A program made the position numbers and the translations under genes. This document shows, piece by piece, positions 19,291-29,651 of a stretch of 64,000 nucleotides of DNA (its first letter is position 1; each line of letters begins with the position of its first letter). The notes beneath the pieces were generated by a model. That model had not been told where the DNA came from, made no database searches, and worked only from the letters and a program-made list of their open reading frames with translations. Origin of the DNA: Patescibacteria group bacterium (GTDB lineage Bacteria > Patescibacteriota > Minisyncoccia > UBA6257 > Colwellbacteraceae); assembly GCA_023380475.1 (NCBI GenBank), contig JAMCRD010000003.1, forward strand, positions 28,397-92,396. The letters are read 5' to 3'.

Positions 19291-19998
19291 ATGATTAAGT
19301 TACTTGTCGCTAACTGGAAAGCCAACCCCGAGACGTTAACCGAAGCAGTTAGGCTAGCTAAAAATATAGACTACACTGGTGTAGTCATTGCACCTCCCTT
19401 CCCATTTCTAGATGGTGTTAGAAAAGTTATACACAAAGCAAAATTGGCTGCTCAGAATGTGTTTTGGTCTGATGGGCCATACACTGGAGAAGTTTCAGCA
19501 AACCAACTTAAGAAGTTGGGCGTAAGATACGCAATAATCGGCCACTCTGAACGCAGAAGAAATCTGAATGAGATCGATGCGATCATAAATAAGAAAGTTA
19601 CAGCCGCCTTAAACAATAGTATCAAGCCGATATTATGTGTAGGCGAAGGGCCGGAACTCCATAAAAGCGGGGATCACTCGAAAGTCCTAAGGTTTATAGA
19701 CAATCAACTTAAACTTGACTTGCATGGCATACGCAATCCCAGAGGGGTAATAATTGCTTACGAACCAATATGGGCGATTGGTACGGGGAATAGCGACTCG
19801 ACTGAACATGTATCTAAAGTAGTAGCGCTTATTAAAGAAAGATTGGGCAGCGTATCTATTTTATACGGTGGGTCTGTGAATCCAAATAACGCTGACAAAT
19901 TTATGTCTATTGCCGGCATATCAGGCGCGCTGATAGGCGGGGCAAGTTTAAAGTCGAGTGAATTCAAGAAGATTATTTCGATAAGCAAACGCTATTAA
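19291..19998 (+). CDS. tpiA: Triosephosphate isomerase
   Basis: Motifs LVANWKAN, IIGHSERR and YEPIWAIGTG. ATG 19291 lies 8 nt after TGcTAAAAT. The track start at GTG 19273 overlaps that -10 box. Confidence 0.9.
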   Translation: MIKLLVANWKANPETLTEAVRLAKNIDYTGVVIAPPFPFLDGVRKVIHKAKLAAQNVFWSDGPYTGEVSANQLKKLGVRYAIIGHSERRRNLNEIDAIINKKVTAALNNSIKPILCVGEGPELHKSGDHSKVLRFIDNQLKLDLHGIRNPRGVIIAYEPIWAIGTGNSDSTEHVSKVVALIKERLGSVSILYGGSVNPNNADKFMSIAGISGALIGGASLKSSEFKKIISISKRY

Positions 19999-20023
19999 AC
20001 AACAATTGTTGTATAATTAAGCT

Positions 20024-20767
20024 ATGCAAAACAATTTATACCAAGGCGCAAAATTAGTTCTAGTCATAGTAATAATAATCGCAGCCTGTGCGGCAGTGTA
20101 TGGATTGGTAAGTTGGGGAAATTCACTGACTCCAGCTAAAACCATGACCGTCACGGCGGACGCTCAAACCAATGTCTCACCAGATCTAGCAACAGTGTCT
20201 TTCTCTGAAGTGACGATAGGCAGTGACCCTACCAAAATTGAGGCTGCGAATGCAACTCAAATCAACAGCGCTATAAATTTTGTAAAACAGGAGGGTATAA
20301 GCTCTGAAGATATCGCTACCACTAACTATAACTTGTCGCCGAATTATGACTACACTCGCAAAGACGGTAAGGTATCAATAATAAGTTACACGATAACTGA
20401 GACAGAAACGCTTAAAATCAAAGACTTCACTAAGATCGCACCGATATTAGCAGGACTGGTAAACCTCGGCGTAAACCAAATAGGTCAGGTTACATTCAGC
20501 GTCGAAGATCCAGATAGCCAACTAGCCAGCGCGAGAAAAGAAGCCTTCGCCAAAGCTCAGTTAAAGGCTCAACAGATGGCGGTGGATAATGGCGTCAAAT
20601 TAGGGGGGATAATAAGTGTATCAGAGAATACTAATAACATAGGCCCATTACCAATCTATAATACTATGTCGGCCGCCGGCGTCAGTGGTAGAGCCGTTAC
20701 TCCGACCATAGAACCAGGAACCCAGCAACTAACGGACTACGTAAGCATTACTTATGCCATACAATAA
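20024..20767 (+). CDS. SIMPL/DUF541-family exported protein
   Basis: N-terminal TM or signal segment. Repeated alpha/beta halves typical of SIMPL 26-kDa periplasmic proteins (NYNLSPNYDY..., IEPGTQQL). Confidence 0.65.
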   Translation: MQNNLYQGAKLVLVIVIIIAACAAVYGLVSWGNSLTPAKTMTVTADAQTNVSPDLATVSFSEVTIGSDPTKIEAANATQINSAINFVKQEGISSEDIATTNYNLSPNYDYTRKDGKVSIISYTITETETLKIKDFTKIAPILAGLVNLGVNQIGQVTFSVEDPDSQLASARKEAFAKAQLKAQQMAVDNGVKLGGIISVSENTNNIGPLPIYNTMSAAGVSGRAVTPTIEPGTQQLTDYVSITYAIQ

Positions 20768-20780
20768 ACGAGGGATTGAG

Positions 20781-22196
<1,416 letters not shown>

Positions 22197-22301
22197 TGGT
22201 TGCTTATTTCTTAGTTCTGTGTTATATTCTGAATTAGAGTGAGTGGTGAACAGCCCTCGGCGATGATATCGATCGAGGATTGTCCCTTAGCACTGTTTGG
22301 T

Positions 22302-22329
22302 CAAAACCCCTTCTTCGGAGGGGGTTTTG
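22302..22329 (+). terminator. Stem-loop terminator after glycine-rich gene 1
   Basis: CAAAACCCC-ttcttcggag-GGGGTTTTG, followed by T-rich sequence and the pgk -10 box. Confidence 0.55.
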
Positions 22330-22346
22330 GTTGTTATAATAGAAGC

Positions 22347-23408
22347 ATGACTTATTTGCTAAGGGTTAATCTCGACATTGAAGACAAAGATCCAACCGGC
22401 TCGCAGCGCTTTAAAACGGCTGTAAGCACGATAAACTACATTCTTAAAGGCGGGCATAAAGTAGTAATCCTCAGCCATTTTGACCGCCCCTCGAAGTATG
22501 ATCGCAGGCTTAGCTTGTCGCGTTTTCAACCGTTTCTGCAGAAGAAGTTGGGTAAGACGGTGGTTTTCTTTCCGCAGTTTGATTTCCCTAAAATTAGAAG
22601 GAGTATCCTTACTTCCGAAAATCACGTCTTCCTGCTGGATAATCTCCGATTTCTGCTTGGCGAAACTAAAAATGATCCCGCGACCGCATCACAATTGGCC
22701 TCCTTGGGAGACAGGTACATAAACGACGATTTTGCTACTGCTCACCGCGAAGCAGCCTCGACCGTAGCTATAACAAAACTAATGCCCAGTTCTCCCGGAC
22801 CGACGCTTTTAAGTGAAGTAGCCCATCTTACTAAAGTGACAGTTCATCCCCGAAAGCCAGTTACATTAATAATCGGCGGCGAGAAAATGAAAGACAAAAT
22901 AGGCGTGGTACACCACATGCTAAATAAGATAGATCATGTTCTTATTGGCGGAGGACCCGCTAACACATTTCTGTTGGCTGAAGGCAAGAACATTAAGAAG
23001 TCAATCTGCGAACCGGATATGCTAGCGGAAGTTAAAAAACTTATGAAAAATAAGAAAATCGTAACACCAATGGATTCGCGATGGGGTAGCGACAAAATCT
23101 TGGATATCGGTCCGAAAACAGCAAAAGAGTTCTCAAGTATTATCAGAAAATCAGCTACCGTAATCTGGGGCGGGCCCATGGGTTACTTTGAAAATCCGCA
23201 TTTCGCCAAGGGTTCGTACGATATAGCTAGAGCCTTAGCTGCTTCACATTCATTTTCAGTTGTTGGAGGCGAAGAAACAGGGATGGTAATAAATCACCTT
23301 AAACTCAACAACAAGATAAGTTTTCTGTCGACTGGCGGCGGCGCCATGTTGGATCTCTTAGCCGGCGAAAGAATGCCTGGTCTGAATGCGTTAAAGATTA
23401 GGTATTAG
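22347..23408 (+). CDS. pgk: Phosphoglycerate kinase
   Basis: Motifs VILSHFDRP, NDDFATAHR, GGGPANTF and STGGGAMLD. ATG 22347 lies 6 nt after TATAAT. The track start at GTG 22239 would read through the terminator. Confidence 0.9.
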   Translation: MTYLLRVNLDIEDKDPTGSQRFKTAVSTINYILKGGHKVVILSHFDRPSKYDRRLSLSRFQPFLQKKLGKTVVFFPQFDFPKIRRSILTSENHVFLLDNLRFLLGETKNDPATASQLASLGDRYINDDFATAHREAASTVAITKLMPSSPGPTLLSEVAHLTKVTVHPRKPVTLIIGGEKMKDKIGVVHHMLNKIDHVLIGGGPANTFLLAEGKNIKKSICEPDMLAEVKKLMKNKKIVTPMDSRWGSDKILDIGPKTAKEFSSIIRKSATVIWGGPMGYFENPHFAKGSYDIARALAASHSFSVVGGEETGMVINHLKLNNKISFLSTGGGAMLDLLAGERMPGLNALKIRY

Positions 23409-23410
23409 CT

Positions 23411-24220
23411 ATGTCCTCGGAACCGCAAATAGCAGTTTTGTATCACAAAGACTGTTTAGACGGATTCGGTGGCGCTTGGGCTGCCTACAAGAAGTTTGGC
23501 AACAAGGCCAGATATATAGCCGTGGAGCATGGTTTAGCGCCCCCTCCTGGGTTGGATGGCAAGACAGTATACTTAATTGATTTTGCATACTCGCAATTGA
23601 AGACCGACTCAATAGCAAAGAAAGCTAAGAAGTTAATAATATTAGATCATCATATCAGCGCTAAGGATGTCGTAAAAAGTTACGACGGCAGCATATTTTC
23701 TAATAACCGTTCCGGATCGGTTCTCGCTTGGTCTTATTTCCATCGCGGAACCAAAATCCCAAAGCTGCTTTTATACATTCAAGCTATCGACTTATGGCGC
23801 TTTAACTTACCATGCACCAAAGAAATAACCGCTTTCCTGCGTAACATCGACTATACTTTTAAAGTATGGGACCGGTTGGCCGTCAGTTTCGAGAGTAAGA
23901 AAAAGTTCGTGGTGTACGTGCAACGGGGAGAGTTGTTATTGAGTTACGATAATTTGATGATAGGTAACCTTATCGCTGACGGCTATGAAACTAACTTCGA
24001 TGGCCATAGGGCTTTTGTGGTCAACTCCCCCGTTCTTAACTCTGAAATAGGAGCTGCTATAGTCAAGCGCGGATATCCCGTAGCCATGATATGGTGTATT
24101 AAAGGTGGGATTGTCCATGTATCGCTTAGATCATCTGGCAAGGTTGATGTTTCCAAACTTGCGTTAAAGCGAGGCGGAGGCGGACATCGCGCCGCAGCAG
24201 GTTTCGAGGTAATCGTATAA
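23411..24220 (+). CDS. DHH/DHHA1-family phosphoesterase
   Basis: YHKDCLDG near the N-terminus, the DHH motif (ILDHHIS) and C-terminal GGGGHRAAAGF. Confidence 0.75.
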   Translation: MSSEPQIAVLYHKDCLDGFGGAWAAYKKFGNKARYIAVEHGLAPPPGLDGKTVYLIDFAYSQLKTDSIAKKAKKLIILDHHISAKDVVKSYDGSIFSNNRSGSVLAWSYFHRGTKIPKLLLYIQAIDLWRFNLPCTKEITAFLRNIDYTFKVWDRLAVSFESKKKFVVYVQRGELLLSYDNLMIGNLIADGYETNFDGHRAFVVNSPVLNSEIGAAIVKRGYPVAMIWCIKGGIVHVSLRSSGKVDVSKLALKRGGGGHRAAAGFEVIV

Positions 24221-24243
24221 ACCGACTGTAAGTATTCATATTC

Positions 24244-24855
24244 ATGGCTACCAAGAATAACTTCTATGCATATCTTATTCCCGGGGGACCCAAAGGGGTA
24301 ACCGACAAATGGCAGACTTGCGAGAGTATCGTGAAAGGCGTCGAAGGCGCACGCTATAAAGGTTTTAAAAATAAAGAAGAGGCTAGCGACTGGCTAGCCA
24401 GTGGAGCTAGTTATGGATCTAAGACTAAAAAGAAACTTACACCTGGGATATATTTTGATGCAGGGACGGGGAGGGGCAAGGGGGTAGAAATAAGTGTGAC
24501 TGATGAAAGGGGAGTTGATCTGTTATATAAGGGAATGCCTAAGAAAAAGTTAAACCGCTTTGGTAAATACCTCATTAAAGACAAGATGGCAACCAATAAC
24601 TACGGGGAGCTGCTTGCATTGAACTATGCAATTAAGATCGCTGGCAAAAGTAGAACAAGAAATATCTTTGGAGACAGTAGCCTAGTAATAAACTTCTGGT
24701 CCAAGTGGATAATGAAACGGGATTATTTACCGGAAGACACCATAAAACTTGCCAAAGAAGTATCGATGTTGCGCTCAAAGTTCGAGAAGGGAGGTGGATC
24801 AATCAAACATATATCAGGAGACGATAATCCAGCGGATTTGGGATTCCACAAGTAG
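24244..24855 (+). CDS. rnhA: Ribonuclease HI with N-terminal hybrid-binding (RNase H1 N-terminal) domain
   Basis: HBD-like FYAYLIPGG..GV..W..C...V.G..GARYKGFKNKEEA..W. DEDD residues in YFDAG, NNYGELLAL, FGDSSLV and GDDNPADLG. Confidence 0.75.
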   Translation: MATKNNFYAYLIPGGPKGVTDKWQTCESIVKGVEGARYKGFKNKEEASDWLASGASYGSKTKKKLTPGIYFDAGTGRGKGVEISVTDERGVDLLYKGMPKKKLNRFGKYLIKDKMATNNYGELLALNYAIKIAGKSRTRNIFGDSSLVINFWSKWIMKRDYLPEDTIKLAKEVSMLRSKFEKGGGSIKHISGDDNPADLGFHK

Positions 24856-24891
24856 TATAATCAATAAGTAGAAATGCTAACCATTGATTGT

Positions 24892-27800
24892 ATGTCTAAA
24901 GTCAGATTAAGTAGGGCACTAAAGATATTTCTACTAACAGCATCCATAATAATAGCCGCTGGCGTTTTCCCGTCTGCATCTTTTGCTTCTCAAATAATAA
25001 CCGTAGCTTTCAACTATACCGGTACAGTACAGTCGTGGACTGTACCTACTGGCATAACTTCTATTACGATCTCCGCCTCAGGCGCGGGAGGCGGCAGCGG
25101 TGGAGCTGGAGGAACCGCCACGGGGACTTTAACTGTAACTCCAGGGGCTACCTACTACATTCTAGTCGGCGGTGGCGGAGGTAATGTACCTTGGTGCACT
25201 TCCACAGGTGGAGCTGGTGGGTATGGCGGCGGAGGAGCTGGCGGATCTTCTAACTGTAGCCAAGGTTATAGTGCCGGTGGAGGAGGCGGTGGTATGACAT
25301 GGTTCGCCCCGAATAACACATTTAATACGTCATTGGTCATTCTTGTAGCCGGAGGCGGAGGTGGAGGTGCAGGACGCTCTGGGGGAGCGTCCGGTGGTGG
25401 CTCTGGCGGAGGAACGAGCGGTGGCAATGGGGCTAATTATACTGGATTCGTAAACCCTGATGGAATAGGTGGCACACAAACTGCCGGAGGAGCAACTGGA
25501 GGTTCGGCTGGGCAAGGTGGAGCAGGCGGTTCGCTTGGGAACAACGGCAACGGTGGTGGTGGAGGAGGAGGTGGATATTATGGTGGCGGAGGTGGTGTAC
25601 TAAACAATGGTTGGATTATCAACCCTGGTGGAGGAGGTTCATCTTATTTGTCCCCATCCCTTACTTTAGCGACCACAACGGTTGGAACTGGCGTAACTAG
25701 CGGAAACAATGGATATCTAAACATATACTACACTCTATCCTTGCCGACAGTTTCCTCTTTAACAGTTACAAATGCTACCACCTATACCAGTGCTACCTTA
25801 GGCGCCAACGTGACGTCTGACGGTGGTGCTAGTTTGACATCTGTAGGAATATGCTGGGGGCTTTCTTCATCATCTATGTCTAATTGCAGCGCAGATAGCA
25901 GTGCTACTACAACTGGTGCTTATTCAATGAGTATTACTGGTTTGCCAAGCAATACCACCATTTACTTCGAAGGTTATGCTACGAACGCAGTTGGTACGGG
26001 ATACTCCACTTATGGGACGTTCACCACTAATCATATTTTCCTAAACTCGGGCACTTCGTGGACCGTCCCTTCAAACTGGAATAATGCCAGTAATACCATT
26101 GAAGTAATAGGGGCAGGGGGCAACGGAGGTACATCAGGCTACGCATATGGTGGTGGAGGTGGTGGAGGTGCATACTCTAGAGTTACAAACCTGGCTTTAA
26201 CTCCAGGAAATTTGGTCCAGTACAATGTTGGGCAAAATAGCGGAACCAGAGATACGTGGTTTAACGGTACATCGCTATCTTCAGCATCTGTATCTGCTCA
26301 AGGCGCTTCAGACGGTCAGTATTTTGCTAATGGTGGCGGAAGTGGCGGGCAAGCGTCGAGTGGTATAGGTTCAATAAAATACTCTGGCGGTAGCGGAGCA
26401 GCTGGTGGAGGCGGAGGAACGCAATCTGGTGGCGGGGGTGGAGGTACAGCTGGACCAAACGGCCATGGTAATAGCGGGTCTGTCGGTGGTGGTGGATTAG
26501 GAGGAATTGGTGGGTCGGCAGACGCGGGATACGGCGGCGGAGGTGGTAGCGGTGGTATACCAACTGGTGCCGGTGGGAATGGTGCAGAGTACAACTTCTT
26601 CTTTGGCAGCGGAGGAGGCGGTGGAGGAGCCGGTTCGTTAACTAATACCACAAATTCAGGTAGCGGCAGTGGTGGTCTATATGGTGGCGGAGGAGGCGGT
26701 GGAGGTGTAGATGGTGGTCCTTGGTCAGGACAAAACGGGCTAATAGTAATTACTTACTCGCCGCCTCTTCCAGTTCCTACAGTTACAGCTATATCACCGA
26801 ACAATACTCAAAACAATGCGACCACGACAGTATCTTCGGTAACTGGTACGAACTTCCAATCAGGAGCAACTGTCATGCTAACCATGAGCGGCCAGTCTAA
26901 CATAAACTGTACTGGGTTTACTTTCACTAACTCGACTACATTATCAAATGGCACCTGCCCAACCAACGGTGCAGCAGCTGGCAATTGGAATGTTGTCGTT
27001 ACTAACCCTGACACACAGACAGGAACTTTAGCTAATGGTTTTACTGTGTTCGTTTATACTCCCGCTGCTAACGGTTCGCTTGTCTCCAATATCTTCGATA
27101 CCGGTTACTCGAGTGGCGTAGCTTTCAATTCAATAATGTGGCAAGGATCTCTAGGGGTTGGCTCTTCTACAGTGCAGTTTCAATTTGCGGCATCCAACTG
27201 TCAAAATGGAGCGTCGAACTACCCAAGTTGCACTGGTAGTTCCGGCATCATTTCAGGACCAATCGATTCCACCAACTACTGGGGTTGGAATGACACGCTT
27301 GGCTGGCTGAACTTCTCAACCGCCGCCGTGGGATCAAGCCACCTGACAGGCTGGGCCACAGTCCAGTCGAATGGCGACTACATCGCCCTTGATTGCTCGA
27401 CATTGCCACCCAGCAATAGCAACAACTGCTCCGGCACAGGCAATTTCACCGTGTCCGACAATAGCAATAACTTGGCCGGATGGGGCTGGAACGATACCTA
27501 CGGTTGGATCAGCTTCTGCGGCGATTCTTCAGGTAACTATTCCACCTGGAATGGCACCAATTGGGTTTGCCCCTCTAACCCAACGTATGAAGTGACTGTC
27601 AATCCCTCTACGGGGCAGTTCCACGGATTTGCTTGGAATGACATATTAGGCTGGATTTCATTCAACTGCGCGGACGTAAACGGCGGGACATGCAGCCCAA
27701 GTTATTACGTACAAGTCGACAATGCAAGCTCTGTTTGGAGCTTCACCGGCCCAGACGACACGTCTAACACGTATTACACAGCCGGTCCAAACACTCCGAT

Positions 27801-27921
27801 TCCATTAGTTGGGTCGTACTACGATAATAACCGTTACTACCGCTACGAGATATTTATAAACAAGGCAGCTGGGGCTACTACTCCTGTAGTTAATAGCATT
27901 ACGGTCAATTGGAGCCCATAA
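24892..27921 (+). CDS. Large secreted glycine-rich multi-domain protein
   Basis: Signal peptide ending SFA-SQ. Two Gly-rich modules (FNYTGTVQSWTVPTGITSI..GAGGG; GTSWTVPSNW..GAGGNGG), an IPT/TIG-like domain and 3 C-terminal GW.WND..GWI.F repeats. An alternative ATG lies at 24874. Confidence 0.8.
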   Translation: MSKVRLSRALKIFLLTASIIIAAGVFPSASFASQIITVAFNYTGTVQSWTVPTGITSITISASGAGGGSGGAGGTATGTLTVTPGATYYILVGGGGGNVPWCTSTGGAGGYGGGGAGGSSNCSQGYSAGGGGGGMTWFAPNNTFNTSLVILVAGGGGGGAGRSGGASGGGSGGGTSGGNGANYTGFVNPDGIGGTQTAGGATGGSAGQGGAGGSLGNNGNGGGGGGGGYYGGGGGVLNNGWIINPGGGGSSYLSPSLTLATTTVGTGVTSGNNGYLNIYYTLSLPTVSSLTVTNATTYTSATLGANVTSDGGASLTSVGICWGLSSSSMSNCSADSSATTTGAYSMSITGLPSNTTIYFEGYATNAVGTGYSTYGTFTTNHIFLNSGTSWTVPSNWNNASNTIEVIGAGGNGGTSGYAYGGGGGGGAYSRVTNLALTPGNLVQYNVGQNSGTRDTWFNGTSLSSASVSAQGASDGQYFANGGGSGGQASSGIGSIKYSGGSGAAGGGGGTQSGGGGGGTAGPNGHGNSGSVGGGGLGGIGGSADAGYGGGGGSGGIPTGAGGNGAEYNFFFGSGGGGGGAGSLTNTTNSGSGSGGLYGGGGGGGGVDGGPWSGQNGLIVITYSPPLPVPTVTAISPNNTQNNATTTVSSVTGTNFQSGATVMLTMSGQSNINCTGFTFTNSTTLSNGTCPTNGAAAGNWNVVVTNPDTQTGTLANGFTVFVYTPAANGSLVSNIFDTGYSSGVAFNSIMWQGSLGVGSSTVQFQFAASNCQNGASNYPSCTGSSGIISGPIDSTNYWGWNDTLGWLNFSTAAVGSSHLTGWATVQSNGDYIALDCSTLPPSNSNNCSGTGNFTVSDNSNNLAGWGWNDTYGWISFCGDSSGNYSTWNGTNWVCPSNPTYEVTVNPSTGQFHGFAWNDILGWISFNCADVNGGTCSPSYYVQVDNASSVWSFTGPDDTSNTYYTAGPNTPIPLVGSYYDNNRYYRYEIFINKAAGATTPVVNSITVNWSP
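27277..27663 (+). repeat. Three spaced copies of a 13-15 aa GW-WND-GW motif at the C-terminus of the glycine-rich protein
   Basis: YWGWNDTLGWLNF (27277-27315), LAGWGWNDTYGWISF (27472-27516) and FHGFAWNDILGWISF (27619-27663). Confidence 0.85.
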
Positions 27922-27941
27922 ATAAAGGGAATTTTCTTGTA

Positions 27942-27970
27942 TTGACAGTGCCTGTCAAATATGGTATAAC
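27942..27970 (+). promoter_or_regulatory. Sigma70-type promoter with extended -10 and a palindrome over the -35
   Basis: TTGACA (27942-27947), 17 nt spacer, TGgTATAAC (27962-27970). TTGACAG-tgc-CTGTCAA is a palindrome at 27942-27958. Confidence 0.6.
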
Positions 27971-28073
27971 TTACTCAGTCCTTTTAATCATAGGAGAGGG
28001 TAATTCAGCTCAAGGTCGGTATCCTCTCAGTTCAATTAACCGCAACCCCAATTCATAAGGTTGCCGGTCAATT

Positions 28074-28343
28074 ATGAACACTCTCAAGAAATGGTTGTCT
28101 GGTCGCCACACGACAGTGACAATGGCGAAGGTGGGCATCATCGCTTATCTTACGGGAGTATTTACCAAGAATCTCTTGGTTAAATATATTATCGGTTCGA
28201 AAGCGTATGAGGCTGTCTTCGGAAATGGGCACAATCTCGCCATTCTGCTTGTCGCGATAGCGATTACAATCTTCATCGCCCGCAAATGGACGGCCAAGAA
28301 TTCGGACAATCGGAGCATGAGTTTAGCTCCCCACTCTAACTAA
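28074..28343 (+). CDS. Small two-TM membrane protein, unknown function
   Basis: 89 aa with two hydrophobic helices. Has its own promoter, a leader of about 100 nt and a downstream hairpin. Confidence 0.5.
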   Translation: MNTLKKWLSGRHTTVTMAKVGIIAYLTGVFTKNLLVKYIIGSKAYEAVFGNGHNLAILLVAIAITIFIARKWTAKNSDNRSMSLAPHSN

Positions 28344-28359
28344 CAGGGGAGAATATGAA

Positions 28360-28395
28360 AGGGGCAGCCTCACGGGTTTGCCTCTTTTCTTTTAT
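28360..28395 (+). terminator. Putative intrinsic terminator
   Basis: GGGGCA...TGCCTC stem (one G-U pair) followed by TTTTCTTTTATT. Confidence 0.45.
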
Positions 28396-28403
28396 TCAAA
28401 AGT

Positions 28404-28412
28404 TGATATAAT
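28404..28412 (+). promoter_or_regulatory. Extended -10 box (TGaTATAAT) of rnpB
   Basis: It ends 7 nt before G28420, the first base of the P1 pairing of the RNase P RNA. Confidence 0.55.
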
Positions 28413-28417
28413 AATCC

Positions 28418-28826
28418 TCGCCAATCCAGACGGTAGCTCTATCACATCCCACGAGCCCTTATGATAGCTCTTTATATCGGGAATGGATGGAGAGGAAAGT
28501 CCGGACACTCTCTTGCCGCAAGGCGAGATAAAAACTATACGGGCTAACTGCCCGCCGCAGCAATGCGAGAGGTGCGAACAGAAACGTTCCGATCCGAAAG
28601 GACCAGGAGGACCCAATCCCAACGTTGAAGGTCTAGTTCCGTTATAGGGACAAAAAGACGGAAATGAAACGACTAAATCCTTATGGAGTGCAAGGCCGAG
28701 TCCTGAAAGCGTAAAGCCAACAGGAAGTGCCGCTAGATCCTGAGAGCAATCGATGGACCAGACAAATTGCCGTCTCCTCTGGCATAACGTCGGAGCAGAC
28801 AGAATCCGGCTTACGGATTGGCTATT
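28418..28826 (+). ncRNA. rnpB: RNase P RNA (bacterial type A-like)
   Basis: Universal GAGGAAAGTCCGGAC at about 28491-28505 and ACAGAATCCGGCTTA at about 28798-28812. P1 pairing joins GCCAATCC (28420-28427) to GGATTGGC (28815-28822). Confidence 0.9.
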
Positions 28827-28827
28827 C

Positions 28828-28859
28828 AAAATAACCTTGGTTAATACCAAGGTTATTTT
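28828..28859. terminator. Bidirectional intrinsic terminator (13-bp perfect stem)
   Basis: AAAATAACCTTGG-ttaata-CCAAGGTTATTTT between rnpB (+) and the convergent nuclease gene (-). Confidence 0.85.
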
Positions 28860-28877
28860 GAAATCCGACTATGCCAG

Positions 28878-29636
28878 TTAACAGCTTTCCTCTTTCGACC
28901 TGGCCCCCCAGTAAGCACAGTAATCACAATCCTCGGACGAAGTTGGTAAAGTATCTTTCTCCAACACCTTTCGGGCTTCGGCCAGCATACCTTGAATCCA
29001 CGAGTCATCTCCTTCGTACGGGATCAATTTCACATTGAACTCCAATCTGGCATCGAAAGCCTTAGCGTCTGCTTTGCCATTCACGTAGACGAAATAGGCC
29101 GTAGGGGAGACATCAAAATCGTTCTTGCGGAACAGCCACTGATACACTTCTACTTGCCGCTTGTAGCTATTCTGCCAATCCGCGTCCAAGCTTACCTCGC
29201 CGCTCTTAGCGGTAGCCTTATAGTCCACGACTATCAGCTGGCCTTTAGAATTGACCCAGACATCGTCGATGCCTCCGGTAACTCTGAAATTCGTCTCAGG
29301 ATCAATGTATTCAACCCCGCCTCGTCTTGATTCCCGCCAAAGCTCCAGATATTCGTGCCTGAAAGGTACGGCATCTATCCCGTAACTTTTCATCAACGGG
29401 TGCGGGTTGCCTTTAGCTCGATAGGCATCGAATTCCTTTTTAAGTAGGGCGTCCACAGCCGTGTTAAGTGTGAGAGGGTAACCTGGAGGCTGGGCTATAC
29501 CCAAACGCAGGTCCAGATAGAAACAACGCCGGCACTTTATAAATAATTCGATCTTGCTGCGGCTCAATCTGAAAGGCTCACTCGACTGCGGATCAAACAA
29601 CCCTCTTGTTCTTTTGGCGTTATAGTATTCGGACAT
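28878..29636 (-). CDS. PD-(D/E)XK nuclease superfamily protein (Cas4/RecB-like, Cys-containing)
   Basis: GGIDDVW...LIVVDYKAT core motif. N-terminal CRRC and C-terminal CDYC cysteines suggest a metal or Fe-S cluster. Confidence 0.65.
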   Translation of the reverse strand: MSEYYNAKRTRGLFDPQSSEPFRLSRSKIELFIKCRRCFYLDLRLGIAQPPGYPLTLNTAVDALLKKEFDAYRAKGNPHPLMKSYGIDAVPFRHEYLELWRESRRGGVEYIDPETNFRVTGGIDDVWVNSKGQLIVVDYKATAKSGEVSLDADWQNSYKRQVEVYQWLFRKNDFDVSPTAYFVYVNGKADAKAFDARLEFNVKLIPYEGDDSWIQGMLAEARKVLEKDTLPTSSEDCDYCAYWGARSKEESC

Positions 29637-29651
29637 AGGCAGTATGATAAC

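Noticed and set aside
19999-20012. Perfect 14-bp palindrome ACAACAATTGTTGT abutting the -10 box of the SIMPL gene
   Set aside because: It may be an operator, but it is a single short AT-rich palindrome with no second copy in the window. That is too weak to call.
22239-22346. Upstream GTG start for pgk given by the ORF track
   Set aside because: The extension would translate through the terminator hairpin and the -10 box. The conserved PGK sequence begins at ATG 22347.
26316-26651. Proline-rich minus-strand ORFs (this one, plus 20729..21253 and 21515..21730)
   Set aside because: They are the mirror image of GGN glycine codons (NCC gives Pro) inside the two glycine-rich genes and are not independent genes.
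27971-28073. Riboswitch in the leader of the small membrane protein gene (fluoride, Mn2+, guanidine and preQ1 considered)
   Set aside because: None of the consensus cores I know could be aligned. Only generic hairpins are visible. It is kept as a low-interest finding only.
28392-28850. 152-aa minus-strand ORF
   Set aside because: It is completely covered by the RNase P RNA gene on the plus strand.
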